Below are positions 63,621 through 64,000 of a DNA stretch of 64,000 nucleotides, in pieces. The notes beneath the pieces were generated by a model. That model was not told where the DNA came from. It was given only the letters and a program-made list of their open reading frames with translations, and searched no databases. Position numbers and translations under genes: made by a program. The stretch covers positions 2,232,001-2,296,000 of the forward strand of contig MU055785.1 of the NCBI GenBank assembly GCA_013239625.1. Reading direction: 5' to 3'. Within the stretch, counting starts at the first letter, position 1. Every line of letters starts with the position of its first letter. The DNA is from Lama guanicoe (taxonomy: Eukaryota).

Positions 63621-64000
63621 GTGTCCCACACCCCTTTGGAGACGGACGTTTCCAAGTCCTTCTGCCATCTGGGAATTCAGGCAAAAGGAGGTTTTGGCAG
63701 AGGAGGGCCGCCTGCTCATACAGAGACGCGGGAGGGAACGCACACGGGAGAGTCTCTACAGTGGCCAGAGATCCCGGGACGATGGGCAGGGCAACAAGTC
63801 ACGTGCTCTGGAGGAGCTGCATCCTTCCACACCGAGGGAAGACGGAAGAAGGGAACAGACCTGACACAGCCTACTGAAACGTGAAGAGGCAATTGAGTCC
63901 AACCTGCTGCAAGCAGCTACCTGTGTTTTCAAGTGCATCTTCAAAGATATATTACGAGCATAATTGTGCTAGCGACTCCTGCATTGCAGTCTGCAGCGAT

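Noticed and set aside
13000-64000. Numerous 60-170 aa ORFs; CRISPR, tRNA, rRNA or snRNA genes
   Set aside because: No recognisable protein family, coherent exon chain, repeat-spacer array or structural RNA sequence is seen.

Overview
Eutherian (cetartiodactyl, probably camelid judging by L1 3' ends) intergenic DNA. I can support no intact protein-coding gene, tRNA/rRNA or CRISPR array; the listed ORFs look like chance frames. The first ~13 kb is a nest of old retroelements. It holds two same-strand, heavily decayed relics of an ancient non-LTR retrotransposon that I read by motif as RTE-X/L4-like: copy A (endonuclease to RT domain 3, ~1.1-4.5 kb) and copy B (RT domains 0-7 to a C-terminal zinc-knuckle remnant, ~7.0-9.75 kb). 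Copy A is split by a MER21-type LTR that carries an internal inversion and a Tigger-type MITE. A gag-deleted ERV1 provirus (LTR, Ile-like PBS, pro-pol with YVDD) lies between the copies, and a minus-strand MER34-like proviral remnant follows at ~10.8-13.0 kb. The rest is MIR/L2/MLT1/L1/MER repeats plus several promoter- or enhancer-like CpG-richer elements (16.4-16.9, 21.1-21.3, 43.6-43.8 kb). All family names come from recall of consensus sequences, not database searches, and most repeat boundaries are approximate. I found no convincing evidence of a new biological system; the long ancient LINE relics and the orphan promoters are the best leads.
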